A DNA stretch of 63,808 bases, counting the filler, from Globobulimina sp. (taxonomy: Eukaryota), in NCBI GenBank assembly GCA_003354225.1. It is 58 parts of 58 records of this genome, joined end to end, with 100 filler letters (N's around TTAATTAATTAA, not from the genome) between each part and the next. Parts side by side here need not be neighbours in the genome. Positions count along the whole stretch, not along the records: positions 22,049 to 23,050 come from PIVH01026136.1; positions 23,151 to 24,152 come from PIVH01026137.1; positions 24,253 to 25,254 come from PIVH01026138.1; positions 25,355 to 26,356 come from PIVH01026139.1; positions 26,457 to 27,458 come from PIVH01026140.1; positions 27,559 to 28,560 come from PIVH01026141.1; positions 28,661 to 29,662 come from PIVH01026142.1; positions 29,763 to 30,764 come from PIVH01026143.1; 50 more parts are not named here. One strand, given 5' to 3'. The notes under the pieces were generated by a model. That model did no database searches. It was not told where the DNA came from and saw nothing but the letters and a program-made list of their open reading frames with translations. The position numbers and the translations under genes were made by a program. Within the stretch, counting starts at the first letter, position 1, and the number at the start of each line of letters is the position of its first letter. Below, in pieces: positions 22,807-34,887 of this stretch.

Positions 22807-23152
22807 GGGTTTTCCCTTTTTCAAGCGTACAATATCTTTTGTATTCGTTCACGGAGGATTTTAAAGACTCAAAGTATACTTGCCTAAAATGTACGATTGT
22901 GCAATTTATTTGTACCATATTGTTTGTATTGGGAATTAACCTGTCATAATATGCCTCCAAAGTCAATTGGAGATCTTTTGTAACAACTGTGGGTTGGGTG
23001 CCATTATTGTTGGGTTGCGCTATTTCTTATTTTTTTGAGTAACTGTCCAANNNNNNNNNNNNNNNNNNNNNNNNNNNNNNNNNNNNNNNNNNNNTTAATT
23101 AATTAANNNNNNNNNNNNNNNNNNNNNNNNNNNNNNNNNNNNNNNNNNNNTT

Positions 23153-24152
23153 ATTCGAAAGAATGAAAATCCGATTCGAGTATACAATAAAATGCAGAGC
23201 TGCCTCAAACAAATCGAACAAATTATTGACATATTAAACGAGGACTATGGTGACGACGACGAGCGGGTAATCCCATACCTTACTGACCGTGAAAAATATA
23301 TCCTGTTCGTTACCTGCTTTGTGGAGAAGAATAATCGCTCGGATTACATGAATAATGGCTTAATAAATAGCATAACCCGACGCAGCATCACCAAACAAAA
23401 TCCAATCACGTTAGCCGGATTCATCAGAGCCGTCATGCAGTTACCGGCAAAATTACAGCCGCGATGCGAGGCCAATAACCCTCGTTATCAATTTACTGTG
23501 TATGATGACCGCGATATTAACATATTTAACTTATCGGAGTGGCCAAACCGATATAGAAACCCGGATCCAAACTCGTTCAATACATATAATAGGTTTTACG
23601 GCATCCGAGGTAGAGGCCGTGGCCGTGGACGAGGTCGAAATGGATATCGAGGACGTGGTGGATCCCGCGGTCGACCTCGCGGAGGTTACCGAGGCCGTGG
23701 ACGTGGTGGACGTGGTCGAGGACGAGGATACGGTGCACGTAATGGTCGAGGCCGCGATTTTAGTGGCAATAAACGGCAGCGCCCATCCGAATGGACGCAG
23801 AATGACCCAAATAAACGCCCGAAGGTTGAATGTGACCGCTGTGGCAAACCAGGCCATTATAAATCAGATTGCTATGCGAAATTCCATCGTGATGGCACCC
23901 GTTTGGAGGCCCAGAAGAATGCGCCGAATGCACCGAATAATAGAGGCAAATGTTTCCGATGCGGCCGAAATAATCATATGAGGAGAGACTGTACTGCGAC
24001 GACCACAGTTTCTGGCGATAAAATACTTGATATGCAGAGCCAAAGTATATCGCGGAACGTCCAACAACAACGCTCCAATGAGCAAAATAAAAAGAATCCG
24101 GATCGGCAGCAGTTTACATTAACGATATCGCAGCCGACACATACAAATAATG
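23153..24152 (+). mobile_element. Gag-like retroelement protein fragment with RGG box and two CCHC zinc knuckles
   Basis: Frame open across the whole contig. RGRGRG repeats, CDRCGKPGHYKSDC and CFRCGRNNHMRRDC. Confidence 0.65.
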
Positions 24153-24252
24153 NNNNNNNNNNNNNNNNNNNNNNNNNNNNNNNNNNNNNNNNNNNNTTAA
24201 TTAATTAANNNNNNNNNNNNNNNNNNNNNNNNNNNNNNNNNNNNNNNNNNNN

Positions 24253-24934
24253 TACATTTAATGGAAACACATAGTTTACGGATAGCGTAGTTCCATAATA
24301 ATTCATTCCAAACGCATTACCACTTAAATAACCCGGATATGTATATGCAAAAAATGAATTTGATACTGCACTGTTTATAAAGGTTGCATTGACAAAATAA
24401 CTTTGCAATGAACCTATCCAACCGTCCTCGTTATGTCCATTACCGATAAATTCGTCACTGTTTATTGACATATCGGAACAATGTAAATTCATATGCATCA
24501 TCCTTGGGATTTGCTGCTGTAATGCATATATTTCCAATTCAAAATTAAGTAATATGATATCCATAAAATCAATATGTGAGCCATCTGAAATACCACATAA
24601 CTCATCAAAATAATGAGGGTAATTTTCCTCGTTGTATTGAATTAATTTATTGAGTGGCTCTATGCAATGTGGTGCAGTTAAACAAGCTCGTAATTGAGGC
24701 ATTGATGGATAATTGTTAATATAATATAAAATACGATCTTTTGTTTGATATCCTATCTGATAACCGATTTCATAATGAGTGCCTGTTACATTTATGATTG
24801 GATAAAATGAACAGTGTGCTGTCTGTATCAAGCAATTATTATCAGTTTCGTGTGGATTTGGGTCAGTAGTTTGTACACTTTACCTGGAATATTACTATCA
24901 ACGCGGTTGTGAGGAACATCAGTGACGGTTCCAT
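24253..24934 (-). CDS. Secreted peptidase C45 / Ntn-hydrolase (AAT/Tan-like), partial; intron 24823-24883
   Basis: GTHYEIGYQIG, YFDELCGISDGS, catalytic H-C-S-D and GHNEDG. A signal-peptide exon (MEPSLMFLTTALIVIFQ) splices in frame through a 61-nt GT-AG intron. Confidence 0.85.
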
Positions 24935-25058
24935 GATTTCCAAAAAAATAACTTTGATTCTGAATGCGAACTCGCTAGACCAACCAAATACACGCACTGC
25001 TTGGCTAGTATAGGATAGGATAGCTCCTAGTAGACTAGCTACGCTGGCGTCGGATACA

Positions 25059-25130
25059 TAGCGATTCGAGGTTTCGATCCTCGGACCTTTGGGTTATGAG
25101 CCCAACGCGCTACCGCTGCGCCAAATCGCT
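25059..25130 (-). tRNA. Eukaryotic initiator tRNA-Met (CAT)
   Basis: Reverse complement folds as a cloverleaf with A1:U72, three consecutive G:C pairs in the anticodon stem, CTCATAA loop and GATCGAAA T-loop. Confidence 0.95.
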
Positions 25131-25152
25131 GACTCGAGTCTTAGGTAGTTGA

Positions 25153-25225
25153 GCCAACATAGCACAGTGGTCAATGCATCTGTTTCGTAAACAGGAGGTC
25201 GCGAGTTCGAATCTTGCTGTTGGCT
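25153..25225 (+). tRNA. tRNA-Thr (CGT)
   Basis: GCCAACA/TGTTGGC acceptor stem, TCTGT-TTCGTAA-ACAGG anticodon arm, GTTCGAATC T-loop. Confidence 0.93.
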
Positions 25226-25354
25226 AGTTCACATTATAACAACGTGCATTCGTGNNNNNNNNNNNNNNNNNNNNNNNNNNNNNNNNNNNNNNNNNNNNTT
25301 AATTAATTAANNNNNNNNNNNNNNNNNNNNNNNNNNNNNNNNNNNNNNNNNNNN

Positions 25355-26255
25355 CGGCCACTAATGTCCATATTCTCCCTCTTGGATTTAACACCGTTAA
25401 TTTGAGCGAGGCGCCGGTGCGACCATCCAACGCCTCGATATAGGCCTCTTCGGCGGAGGATTGGTGGCCAAAAATGGGCGGAAACTCTGTGATGATGTCG
25501 CTCCATTCCGTATGCATAATAAACTCAGCGCAGGAGTCCAGTTTGGCCGCTAAGTCTAAGATATAAATACCACTCAAATCGCGCATAACTGCTAATGGAT
25601 TGATCTCTAAATACGCGAAATGTAAATGAGCGTACATTAAATACATTTGATACAGGAATTCGCCTAAAAATAAATGGTAATCAGTGTCGGTCTTCGATGC
25701 ATTAAATGGTGCCGATGGCAACACTTGCGCGGATAATAAATTTTTAATAAAATCCGAGTGTTTCACTTTATTTTGCATATCCGAGGTAATAGTCCATTTC
25801 ACTGCTTTTTCGTCCACATTGCCTACATCCACACCGCCGGCATGGTAGAACATGATCTCATCGCCTTGGCGGACAGAACGGATACAAAGATACAGCTCTT
25901 CGTCTTGTAAATGTTGAATAAAAGGCTCAATGACAAAGTATCGTAATGTATCGGACGTGTTTTCGATGGTTAACTTTTGATTTCGTCGCTCAGTGATCCA
26001 GTTTATGCATTCCGCAAATGATTTATTTAAACCAACCAAACCTAATTTGCCACGTCGTTTGACCAATTGATCAGGTTTCACCACTAACCGCGCATCCGCA
26101 TCAAACGGGGATTCCATGGAAGCATCGAGATTGGTTTCAGGTGATACAAACAGCATTGCTGATAATGTATTGTACTTCTCACTTACGTTTCTTTTGTCCA
26201 TCCAACTATGGATGAGTCGTTTACCTGCATACTCGCGAATTGGTTTTTGAGCCAT
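25355..26255 (-). CDS. ACLY: ATP-citrate lyase, N-terminal ATP-grasp region
   Basis: MAQKPIREYAGK, LVVKPDQLVKRRGKLGLV, YLEINPL, LDLAAKLD and GASLKLTVLNPRGRIWTLVA. Confidence 0.95.
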
Positions 26256-26545
26256 TAGTTATTGAGCTGTTCAGAGCCGGTTTGTTCACTTTGCAGTAAA
26301 GAAGATTAAAAGTAAAAAGTTTGTGGATTTTGGATCTAAAAAGATTACAAGCTGTCNNNNNNNNNNNNNNNNNNNNNNNNNNNNNNNNNNNNNNNNNNNN
26401 TTAATTAATTAANNNNNNNNNNNNNNNNNNNNNNNNNNNNNNNNNNNNNNNNNNNNTGAAGATACGTCTGCTGGATGTTATTTTACACATTGTATCATCA
26501 ATAATTTTTTAATAATATATAGCTTGATATAAAAGGAGAAATGAA

Positions 26546-26857
26546 ATGAAAGAAATCGTGATAAATAATTTAATTGATTTATGTGGACATGTAAGATGTA
26601 ATCGTAAATGTCATGAGTGTTTTGTAGATAGAGGAACTTCCGAAGTTAAAATAAAAGGCACAATAGAATTTGAGACTATTACTGTAATGAATGCTGTTTA
26701 TAGATCATCATACGATGGTTTATTCTATGCATATATAACTCAAAATTCAGAGCCTTTACTTGATCATTGCCTTGATTTGATTTTTTCTAAATGGTACATA
26801 GTTGATAAAAACACAGTTGAATTAGACAATCCGATATGTGTAAATCATAATAAATAA
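26546..26857 (+). CDS. Small phage-type hypothetical protein
   Basis: Shine-Dalgarno AGGAG at 26534-26538 upstream of the ATG. Complete ORF followed by a hairpin. Confidence 0.65.
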   Translation: MKEIVINNLIDLCGHVRCNRKCHECFVDRGTSEVKIKGTIEFETITVMNAVYRSSYDGLFYAYITQNSEPLLDHCLDLIFSKWYIVDKNTVELDNPICVNHNK

Positions 26858-26859
26858 AA

Positions 26860-26889
26860 AACGTCTTAAACACAATGATTTAAGACGTT
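26860..26889. terminator. Hairpin between convergent phage-like genes
   Basis: AACGTCTTAAA-cacaatga-TTTAAGACGTT, an 11-bp perfect stem preceded by an A-tract. Confidence 0.6.
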
Positions 26890-26972
26890 CAAATTTGAAA
26901 TGTATATGTTAGTATGTATTTTTGTTTTAAACGTCTTATTTCGATGTGTCAGGTTCACTATTAACGAATTAA

Positions 26973-27458
26973 TTAATATTTGTCAAGACGAAAATTGTTA
27001 AACAAAGCGTTCTTTGAAAATAAAATATTTTGCTTCATATCATTATTTTGGAAGATCGATGTATTTATTTCCATAGCTAACCAATTTCCAGAAAACGAAT
27101 CTGAACCACTTGAACTTTCATTATCTAAAGATGGAAAATTAATAGTATACATATCTCCCACGTTTCTTTCTAAATCTCCGTTTAAATTCACAATAAAATT
27201 ATATCGATTCAACAAATTACTATGAGTTGTTCTTGTTAAATTTACTTTTGGATTTTCATATGTTGTATAAATATTATTGAAGTTATCAACTTCATCATTA
27301 TACATCCTATTAGCACCATTATGTGTAATATTTTCATCAATGTCTATTATTGATTCAGAATCATAATCGTATGAATAGGAATCAATATCTAATTTGAATC
27401 CTGTAGAACCAAACATTCCTTTTTTTCTCCACATCAAATCATCAAAATAAGAATTGTT
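26973..27458 (-). CDS. Myovirus baseplate-hub/tail protein-like C-terminus
   Basis: GD...VGD..TINFP....FSGNWL..EI.........F.KN pattern, as at the C-terminus of gp27/GpD-like hub proteins. Confidence 0.55.
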   Translation of the reverse strand, partial: NNSYFDDLMWRKKGMFGSTGFKLDIDSYSYDYDSESIIDIDENITHNGANRMYNDEVDNFNNIYTTYENPKVNLTRTTHSNLLNRYNFIVNLNGDLERNVGDMYTINFPSLDNESSSGSDSFSGNWLAMEINTSIFQNNDMKQNILFSKNALFNNFRLDKY

Positions 27459-27558
27459 NNNNNNNNNNNNNNNNNNNNNNNNNNNNNNNNNNNNNNNNNN
27501 NNTTAATTAATTAANNNNNNNNNNNNNNNNNNNNNNNNNNNNNNNNNNNNNNNNNNNN

Positions 27559-28449
27559 AAGCCATCCATTCATACTCTCACTATCGAAGATTGTATCACC
27601 TCCGCAGCAGAGGGCAGGGAGAAGTTAGAGCTATTTGAGAATTATTTGTTTGTTTGCATCGACACAGATGCAGAAAGTGATAAGATTTGCATGATTGTGT
27701 TTAAAAATATGATTATAACCTACCACAAGCATGACAATAAAGTGAGTGACATTGTGACTACTGAAGCTAGAAACCGTTTGGAAAAACGGCATGAGAGAGC
27801 ATGTCCCACTAATATTGGTTGGGTGTGCTACACCATCATTGATGTAGTGGTCGACAGAATGATGCCAGAGATTGAGTGTAGGGTTCAGGAGGTGACCAAT
27901 GTGGAGAATTTGGTGTTTAGTTTGTCGGGTAGCTCACATCACGAATTATTGCAACGATTGCAAATTGCAAGGAATTGGTTGATTGTGTATAGGTCGCGCT
28001 TGTGGACCAAATCGACGATGACTTATAACTTACAACAGACGCAGTGGAGAAACGGGTTTCTGTCTGGTGTGCAGCAACAATTTTGGAATGATATTAATGA
28101 TCATGTTGCAAGAATGGTGGACTTGTTATCTGCTGGACAGTTGACATTGGAATTTGCGCAGAATATATTTGTGGCCAAATTGTCATTGGAAATGAGCGAA
28201 CAATCGGATGCGTTAAGCAATGGAGCATCGAGGTTGACAGCGGTTGGCTCCATCTTTTTGCCCTTGTCCTTTCTTTCTGCAGTCTGGGGAATGAATTGCA
28301 AAGTGCCCTTTCAATACGAAGGACCGCCCGATCCTGATTCTGAGGATTCTACCGCATGGAGCGATGATTATTTTGGATATATGATTATATTTACATGCAT
28401 GCTATTTGTTGGGGCTTTTACGTATAGATTTCATATAAAATATTCTTGA
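27559..28449 (+). CDS. corA: CorA-family Mg2+ transporter (Alr1/Mnr2-like), C-terminal part
   Basis: IHTLTIEDC, REKLELFENYLF and FLPLSFLSAVWGMNCKVP (GMN motif), with two C-terminal TM helices. Confidence 0.9.
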   Translation, partial: KPSIHTLTIEDCITSAAEGREKLELFENYLFVCIDTDAESDKICMIVFKNMIITYHKHDNKVSDIVTTEARNRLEKRHERACPTNIGWVCYTIIDVVVDRMMPEIECRVQEVTNVENLVFSLSGSSHHELLQRLQIARNWLIVYRSRLWTKSTMTYNLQQTQWRNGFLSGVQQQFWNDINDHVARMVDLLSAGQLTLEFAQNIFVAKLSLEMSEQSDALSNGASRLTAVGSIFLPLSFLSAVWGMNCKVPFQYEGPPDPDSEDSTAWSDDYFGYMIIFTCMLFVGAFTYRFHIKYS

Positions 28450-28662
28450 TAATGTATCGCCTGTTTTTTTTTTTTGTTTTTTTTTTCTTTTTGTACTTAT
28501 TTATTATTGTTATTTTTTATTTTTATCTTTCTATTTTTAATAGCATTCATTTAATGCGTGNNNNNNNNNNNNNNNNNNNNNNNNNNNNNNNNNNNNNNNN
28601 NNNNTTAATTAATTAANNNNNNNNNNNNNNNNNNNNNNNNNNNNNNNNNNNNNNNNNNNNAA

Positions 28663-29628
28663 TCGAATTTTAATCAGGTAAAACTACTTCAAAACGATGT
28701 TGTAATAAAAAACGTAGGAAATACCTTCATGAAACCAGGTATACAAGGAACTGATCGATTTCAATGGCCAAGTAAACCTGACAAACAGTGGATTGGTAGT
28801 CTAAATAATACTGTGAAGTTTCTTCCACCAATACCTGTGAATCGACGAACTTTTACGTTTGACAAGAGTGCAATTTTACGAGTTCAAGCTTTGTTGAAGT
28901 GACAAACTGTATCACTGTTTTTACATTTTTCAATGATATTTAGGGTAGAAATTAGGTTTTCAGATAATGCCTATGTATATATGCTGATAATCAAATATTA
29001 ATTTGTAACAGATTTGTAATACTTCTCAAAGGAATTTGATTACAATGCAGCTAATCACAGAAGTCACGTCCGTTACAATAACTGTCACATCTGTTACAAA
29101 TTTGTCACATCTGTTACAAGACATTTTGTGTTCAGTTCCACATACATATATACTTGTTATGAACAAGTTATGGGTTCTATGAGATGCACCAGGTGTCCAA
29201 ACCTTTAATGTCATGCATTATACTAAAGTTTTGTGATGTGTTATTTTTTTATGAAGAAGTAAATATTCTGTTATACTGAATTTTGCATGTTTTGTAACTT
29301 TGTAATATGATTGCTAATCAATAACACATCATTAATCAATAAAAAGTATAGCTTGTGAAAGGGCCACAACAGTATAGCACATGATAGCTGTCAATGGCTT
29401 CAGTAAGTTTTAAACATTTCGAAAATTATAATTTAATTTTTGTAACAGACGTGACATTGACCCTGAGTTAATTTTGTAAAAAACTGAATATTTAATTAGT
29501 GAATGCAAATGACTCCAAACCGTTATCAAAATGATATTCTAGATACTCTGGGGATCACAATGGTATATTATTCAATGCCATTTGTTGAACTTGATATTTG
29601 AAAAGTTCAAAAACCCAAATGCACCCCT
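28663..29628 (+). mobile_element. Probable 3' end of a metazoan-type DNA transposon
   Basis: ORF remnant 28663-28902 (FMKPG...FQWPSKPDKQWI...PPIP..RRTF) resembles transposase-associated C-terminal domains. A TIR-like end ...CCCAAATGCACCCCTT follows downstream. Confidence 0.35.
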
Positions 29629-29812
29629 TTACTGTGAAATCACCCGACTTCTATTTTCTAAANNNNNNNNNNNNNNNNNNNNNNNNNNNNNNNNNNNNNN
29701 NNNNNNTTAATTAATTAANNNNNNNNNNNNNNNNNNNNNNNNNNNNNNNNNNNNNNNNNNNNTTGACAAGTTTTTTAAAAAATCAGTACTTATCGGAAAC
29801 CCCTAATCAAAC

Positions 29813-30764
29813 ATGGATAATGTTGACTTAAATGTTGAATCCGATACTAACCCAGACATTGATGCAAAGCAACCACAAGCGTCAGATCAAGAAACACAAA
29901 CAGAATTACCACCAAAAGCAGCAGCAACACACTCTGAAATCCCAGCCAAGAAATTTCAATTTGGTGCCATAGCCAGCGGTGTGGGTAAAACCTTCACATC
30001 CATCGGTAAAAAAACAATCAGCGCAGCGTCCTCAGTGACCACCACCATCAATGCGGCCATAAAGCGCCAATCAACGCCCAGCTTAAGCGCCGATTTCCAA
30101 CCGACGGAGCAGAAAGAATCTCTATATCGCGATGATTTTAATAGAATGCAACCACCAAAACAATGGATCCAGAAACAAAAGAAATTAATTGCCAATCCAG
30201 GCAGTATCATACGGCGACAAAAACGTGTCTTAGTGACTGGCGGTGCGGGCTTTATCGGTTCGCATTTAATCGACGTATTAATGGACAAAGGCTATGATGT
30301 GATTTGTGTCGATAACTTGTACTCCGGTCAGAAATGCAACGTTTACAAATGGTTTGGCCATCCAAATTTTGACTTCATTCGACACGATGTCTGTAACCCA
30401 TTATATGTGGAAGTGGACGAAATATATCATTTAGCGTGTCCTGCTTCGCCTGTTTTTTACCAGGAGAATCCCATTAAAACCGTCAAAGTTGAGTAATATT
30501 CATAAAATTCCTATCTTTTCCGCTGTATATTGCTACAAACTTACTGTTACAGACATGTTTTATGGGTACGATGTATATGCTTGGTTTAGCGAAGCGCGTC
30601 GGAGCCAGAATTTTATTGAGCTCTACTTCGGAGATCTATGGCGATCCAAAAGAACACCCACAAACAGAGGAATATTGGGGCAATGTGAATAATCTTGCAA
30701 TTCGAGCGTGTCATGAAGAAGGAAAGAGGATATCGGAAACATTGATGTTTGAATATCATCGAAA
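29813..30764 (+). CDS. UXS1: UDP-glucuronate decarboxylase (UXS)-like protein, partial; intron 30488-30552
   Basis: [24 protein letters not shown] and [22 protein letters not shown] 65-nt GT-AG intron restores the frame. Confidence 0.92.
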
Positions 30765-30864
30765 NNNNNNNNNNNNNNNNNNNNNNNNNNNNNNNNNNNN
30801 NNNNNNNNTTAATTAATTAANNNNNNNNNNNNNNNNNNNNNNNNNNNNNNNNNNNNNNNNNNNN

Positions 30865-31866
30865 TGAAATATTATTTGACTGACATTGGAATGTAAACAT
30901 ATATTATCGATATAAACGGGTTCAGTCTCGTTTGATTTAAATTTGATGGATATTGATGATGATTCGTCACATGATTCTGATGGCAAATTATAAACCAAAT
31001 TGATAATATGCGAATAAGGCACATCCGTTTCGAATGCCATCAACTCTTCAAATGAATTTTTAGATAAATCACACCAATATTCAACCACAAAAACGCCGGT
31101 ATCAGATTGAACCGAGCGGTTTAAAGCATGCTGCTGATTATCATCGATATTAAGATCCAAAGTAATGGCGAATTGTCCATACGCATCACTTTGAGATATC
31201 TGATATATTTGAGATATTTGCGAATTTGCCTTCATTTTTATGCAATTGTCTGTGGCTTTTGCAGAGCATTTTGATAGACCTAAATTCCACGAAAACGGCT
31301 GTGCATTTTCATACATATAATAATATCCATAATAATTATCATAATAATCATAAATATAATCATAATCCTCATCATAATAATACCAAGCTCCGTAAAAACC
31401 ATTCAAATTGTATAAATATACTATGTCTGGGCCATTCAAAGTGTAACGACCCCCACCGCATGGTTCGGCATCGAAACAATCCCCAATATTAAAAATATAA
31501 TCTGCAGTGTAATTGCAATTTACCTGACATGTTGTTGAACGCTTTTTGAATATTTCTTGGCCACAATAATTGTTTGTGTAATCCCCAATAACCCAATAAT
31601 GTCCATTAGCATACGACCCGCCAATATAATCGCATCCATACATATATGCTGCAGCAGCACACTCATTGCAAACATACACATTGCTCTTTTGTGAGATATC
31701 AAAATGTAAATATTGATAAATACCATTGAAATCGTCTCGAATATGACCAGCCACACAAATATGTTGACATGGTGTTGCTATGAGATTTGCGTCAATGCTC
31801 CACACATTCTCCTGATACACTTGCCATTTCCCAATACACTGTAAAATATTGGCTGAGTCATTTACG
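30865..31866 (-). CDS. Extracellular Cys/Tyr-rich hypothetical protein fragment
   Basis: Long ORF spanning the contig, with a Tyr/Asp-rich insert and many Cys. Confidence 0.6.
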
Positions 31867-32242
31867 NNNNNNNNNNNNNNNNNNNNNNNNNNNNNNNNNN
31901 NNNNNNNNNNTTAATTAATTAANNNNNNNNNNNNNNNNNNNNNNNNNNNNNNNNNNNNNNNNNNNNATGGCTTGTGTTACAGTAGCTTGAATTTTCAGTT
32001 CAATGTTTAATACAAATATTAATGTGATTGCACATGAAATGCAATAGTCACCGATAATGTATGCTGACTAAATGCGTCAGTTTGTAACGCCGTATGATTG
32101 CAACGAAGATGATGATACAAAATATGCATGATAAAACAATTGCTGTGATGATTGCATATGAAACAGAGTGTGAATTCGCTGTTGTCATTGTGTTGATTTA
32201 TAAATTCAATCTGCTTGAAAAAACAAAGCACTAAATTTTTGA

Positions 32243-32801
32243 ATGGGCTTGTGTTGTCAACGTCAAACGTACACTATCACGACACCGTTGTTGCAGCATT
32301 CATCAAACAAGAAACATAATATCAAAATTGAATCATATCCAAAAACAGTTGACAATAGCAACACATTTGTAATTGGTTTTATTCATCAAGATATTGAACG
32401 CAAACACAACGTACTTATCTGTTCCATTGAACATAAAACAAATTATTTACGGGTTTTGGGGTTCGTGGACGTTATATAATATTGGTGACATGGTTGATGC
32501 AAAAGTACCATACAATCATTTTTACAAAGCAATCATAAAAGACGTAGCATTACTATCTGATCCCATTCCTAATGGTGTTTTGAATCAGGCGCAAATCAAA
32601 CAAATTGATCATCATAAATTATGCACATTGGAAGCTGTGTTTGTTCACTACATTTTTGTAAGTAAACATTTAGGTGAATGGATATTTGTTGACACTGATA
32701 CAATTTGCAATTGTAATGATAGATGTGTTCAACCAAAGCATTTTTTGACAGCACCAAACAAACTCACTCAATCACATTTTATCTTCGATGTTGAGTTGTA
32801 A
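32243..32801 (+). pseudogene. Frameshifted gene: MGLCC N-terminus, F-box-like motif, Tudor/Agenet-like region
   Basis: An extra base near 32417 splits FVIGFIHQ...NVL from SVPLNIKQIIYGFW. Downstream IGDMVDAK...YKAII...FVHY...EWI. Confidence 0.55.
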
Positions 32802-33068
32802 AACTCATAATCAGCTAACAGGTATCTATAATTATGTTCGATTATGCATGCAATTATGATAATAATTGATATTTATATCATCGATTATTCAGAAACAATT
32901 ACTACATTTAGCGTCGATCATCAAACTGCGGGAACATAAGCAAGAAAGAACATTTCAGTGATGGCATTNNNNNNNNNNNNNNNNNNNNNNNNNNNNNNNN
33001 NNNNNNNNNNNNTTAATTAATTAANNNNNNNNNNNNNNNNNNNNNNNNNNNNNNNNNNNNNNNNNNNN

Positions 33069-33355
33069 TAGGCAATATTAGGGAAATGATCTGAGATGAA
33101 TACAGTGCTGTCATTATGGGTTTCCATGTCCAAGTGACTGAGGGTTTGATGTGATACCCAGTAACTATCGCATGCATAGTATTTTCTTATCGTTTTTTCT
33201 TTATTCCATTTCCATAGCGTTGGTTCTCCGGAGTTCATATTGATACATCGGTTTTTTTTTCCATACATTAGTTCAAACATTTTGTCTCCATCTTCAAATT
33301 TCTTTTTTTTCTCTTTCCTTTGATTTGGATCACTGCCGATGTGCTTAACATTTTA
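33069..33355 (-). pseudogene. Degraded APE-type endonuclease fragment of a non-LTR retrotransposon
   Basis: NVKH, MNSGEPT, D-x-x-W-V and SDHFP motifs in the expected order; upstream frame closed. Confidence 0.55.
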
Positions 33356-34170
33356 TTATTAACCTATTTTCCTTCCCATTAATGGTCTATTGATATCATA
33401 TAATTATTAGGATTAAAATAGAAGAAGATTTAGATATGGAAAACCAGCCGCAAGTGTAAACAATAAATATTGTTTTTAACAAACAAGATCGGAGCTAAAC
33501 CCTTAATGCACAAAAGGTAATTTATTTGATAAAAAAAGGAATGACACCAATGATTTTGATGGGAAAAGCGTAGAAAGAATTAAATTTATATTAAAAGATT
33601 TGGATTGCAAATCACGAGAATAATAATAATAAGAATAATATCTCATTTGATGAAATAATTGAAAATGAGTTGGATTCGCAATATAAAACAAGTGAATTCC
33701 TTATCGATTATCAGATTGTAACAGAAATTAAAAAAGATTTATTTGAAAACTAAAACAATAGAAATCATATTTGTAATGCTAATTTGTGTAAAATTATTGA
33801 TAGAAATTCAAGAAATCGCGTATTTTTATGGGGTAAATAATAATAAATTAAAGGATTTATATTATAATAATAAGATACCAACGCAGCAAATACTCGATTC
33901 ATTGCACACATATATTTATCATACAATGTATATTAATTTGGATGATTTGAAGAGTTATCTGAATTGAATAAAAGTGGAATGAAAAAGTGGAATGAAAAAG
34001 TGGAATTTAAAAGTGGAATAATGGTATTATATTATAAAAAATAGCATAATTGTTGAATTTACGAACTTTGNNNNNNNNNNNNNNNNNNNNNNNNNNNNNN
34101 NNNNNNNNNNNNNNTTAATTAATTAANNNNNNNNNNNNNNNNNNNNNNNNNNNNNNNNNNNNNNNNNNNN

Positions 34171-34379
34171 GACAGTATTTGAAAGATGACACCATTCGGA
34201 TTGGCTTGTCGTTGTTGTTGAAGTTGCTCGAAAACACAAAGAATTATGATGCGATTCGGCCGCATTGCGATGGGTTGGATGATTTGGCGGATTTTTTAGC
34301 AAAGAGATCGGGGGATATTGCAAAGCAATGCAAGTCGGTGAAGCAGGATGTAAATAGTGTGCGGAAGGGAGGCAAATGA
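34171..34379 (+). CDS. C-terminal end of an ARM-like helical protein
   Basis: Coding-like ORF from the contig start to a stop, followed by an AT-rich UTR. Confidence 0.5.
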
Positions 34380-34887
34380 GCGTTTGTTAAATTATATGAC
34401 ATAAAATGTACATATTCGTCTGTTGATATTTGTTTTTTTTTATGAGATTTTATGCTTTTTGCAGACATTATTCCTTATACTATACAATGAAAGCAAACAA
34501 AAACAATCACACACAGTCAAAAATTTCTTCTGTCGATTCTTCCGCCATTGATTACTATTAAAACTCACTTTGTTGAAATAAAAAACTTTATAACAAACAG
34601 CCAAACGTTTCATCAACTCATCATGTCATTAGTATAAAGTATAATTAAATGGCATACTCCATGATCATATCTATCGTTGTATTACGTTAAGATGCAATCT
34701 TTTATATACATATATAAATAACAGCTAATTAACTAATTGTATAAATTGCAAAAATAATTAATACATAGTGTATCTATTTGTGTCCAATACCATCAGATCC
34801 GATCAAATATGCGATAGACGCACTACTGAACAACAACAACCACAACAACCAAATAACAAAGCGTATACCAATATAAATGATATCGAT

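Noticed and set aside
15437-27458. IS1595, GH38 and phage genes as a horizontally acquired island in the eukaryote
   Set aside because: Each lies on a separate contig; adjacency reflects length sorting only.
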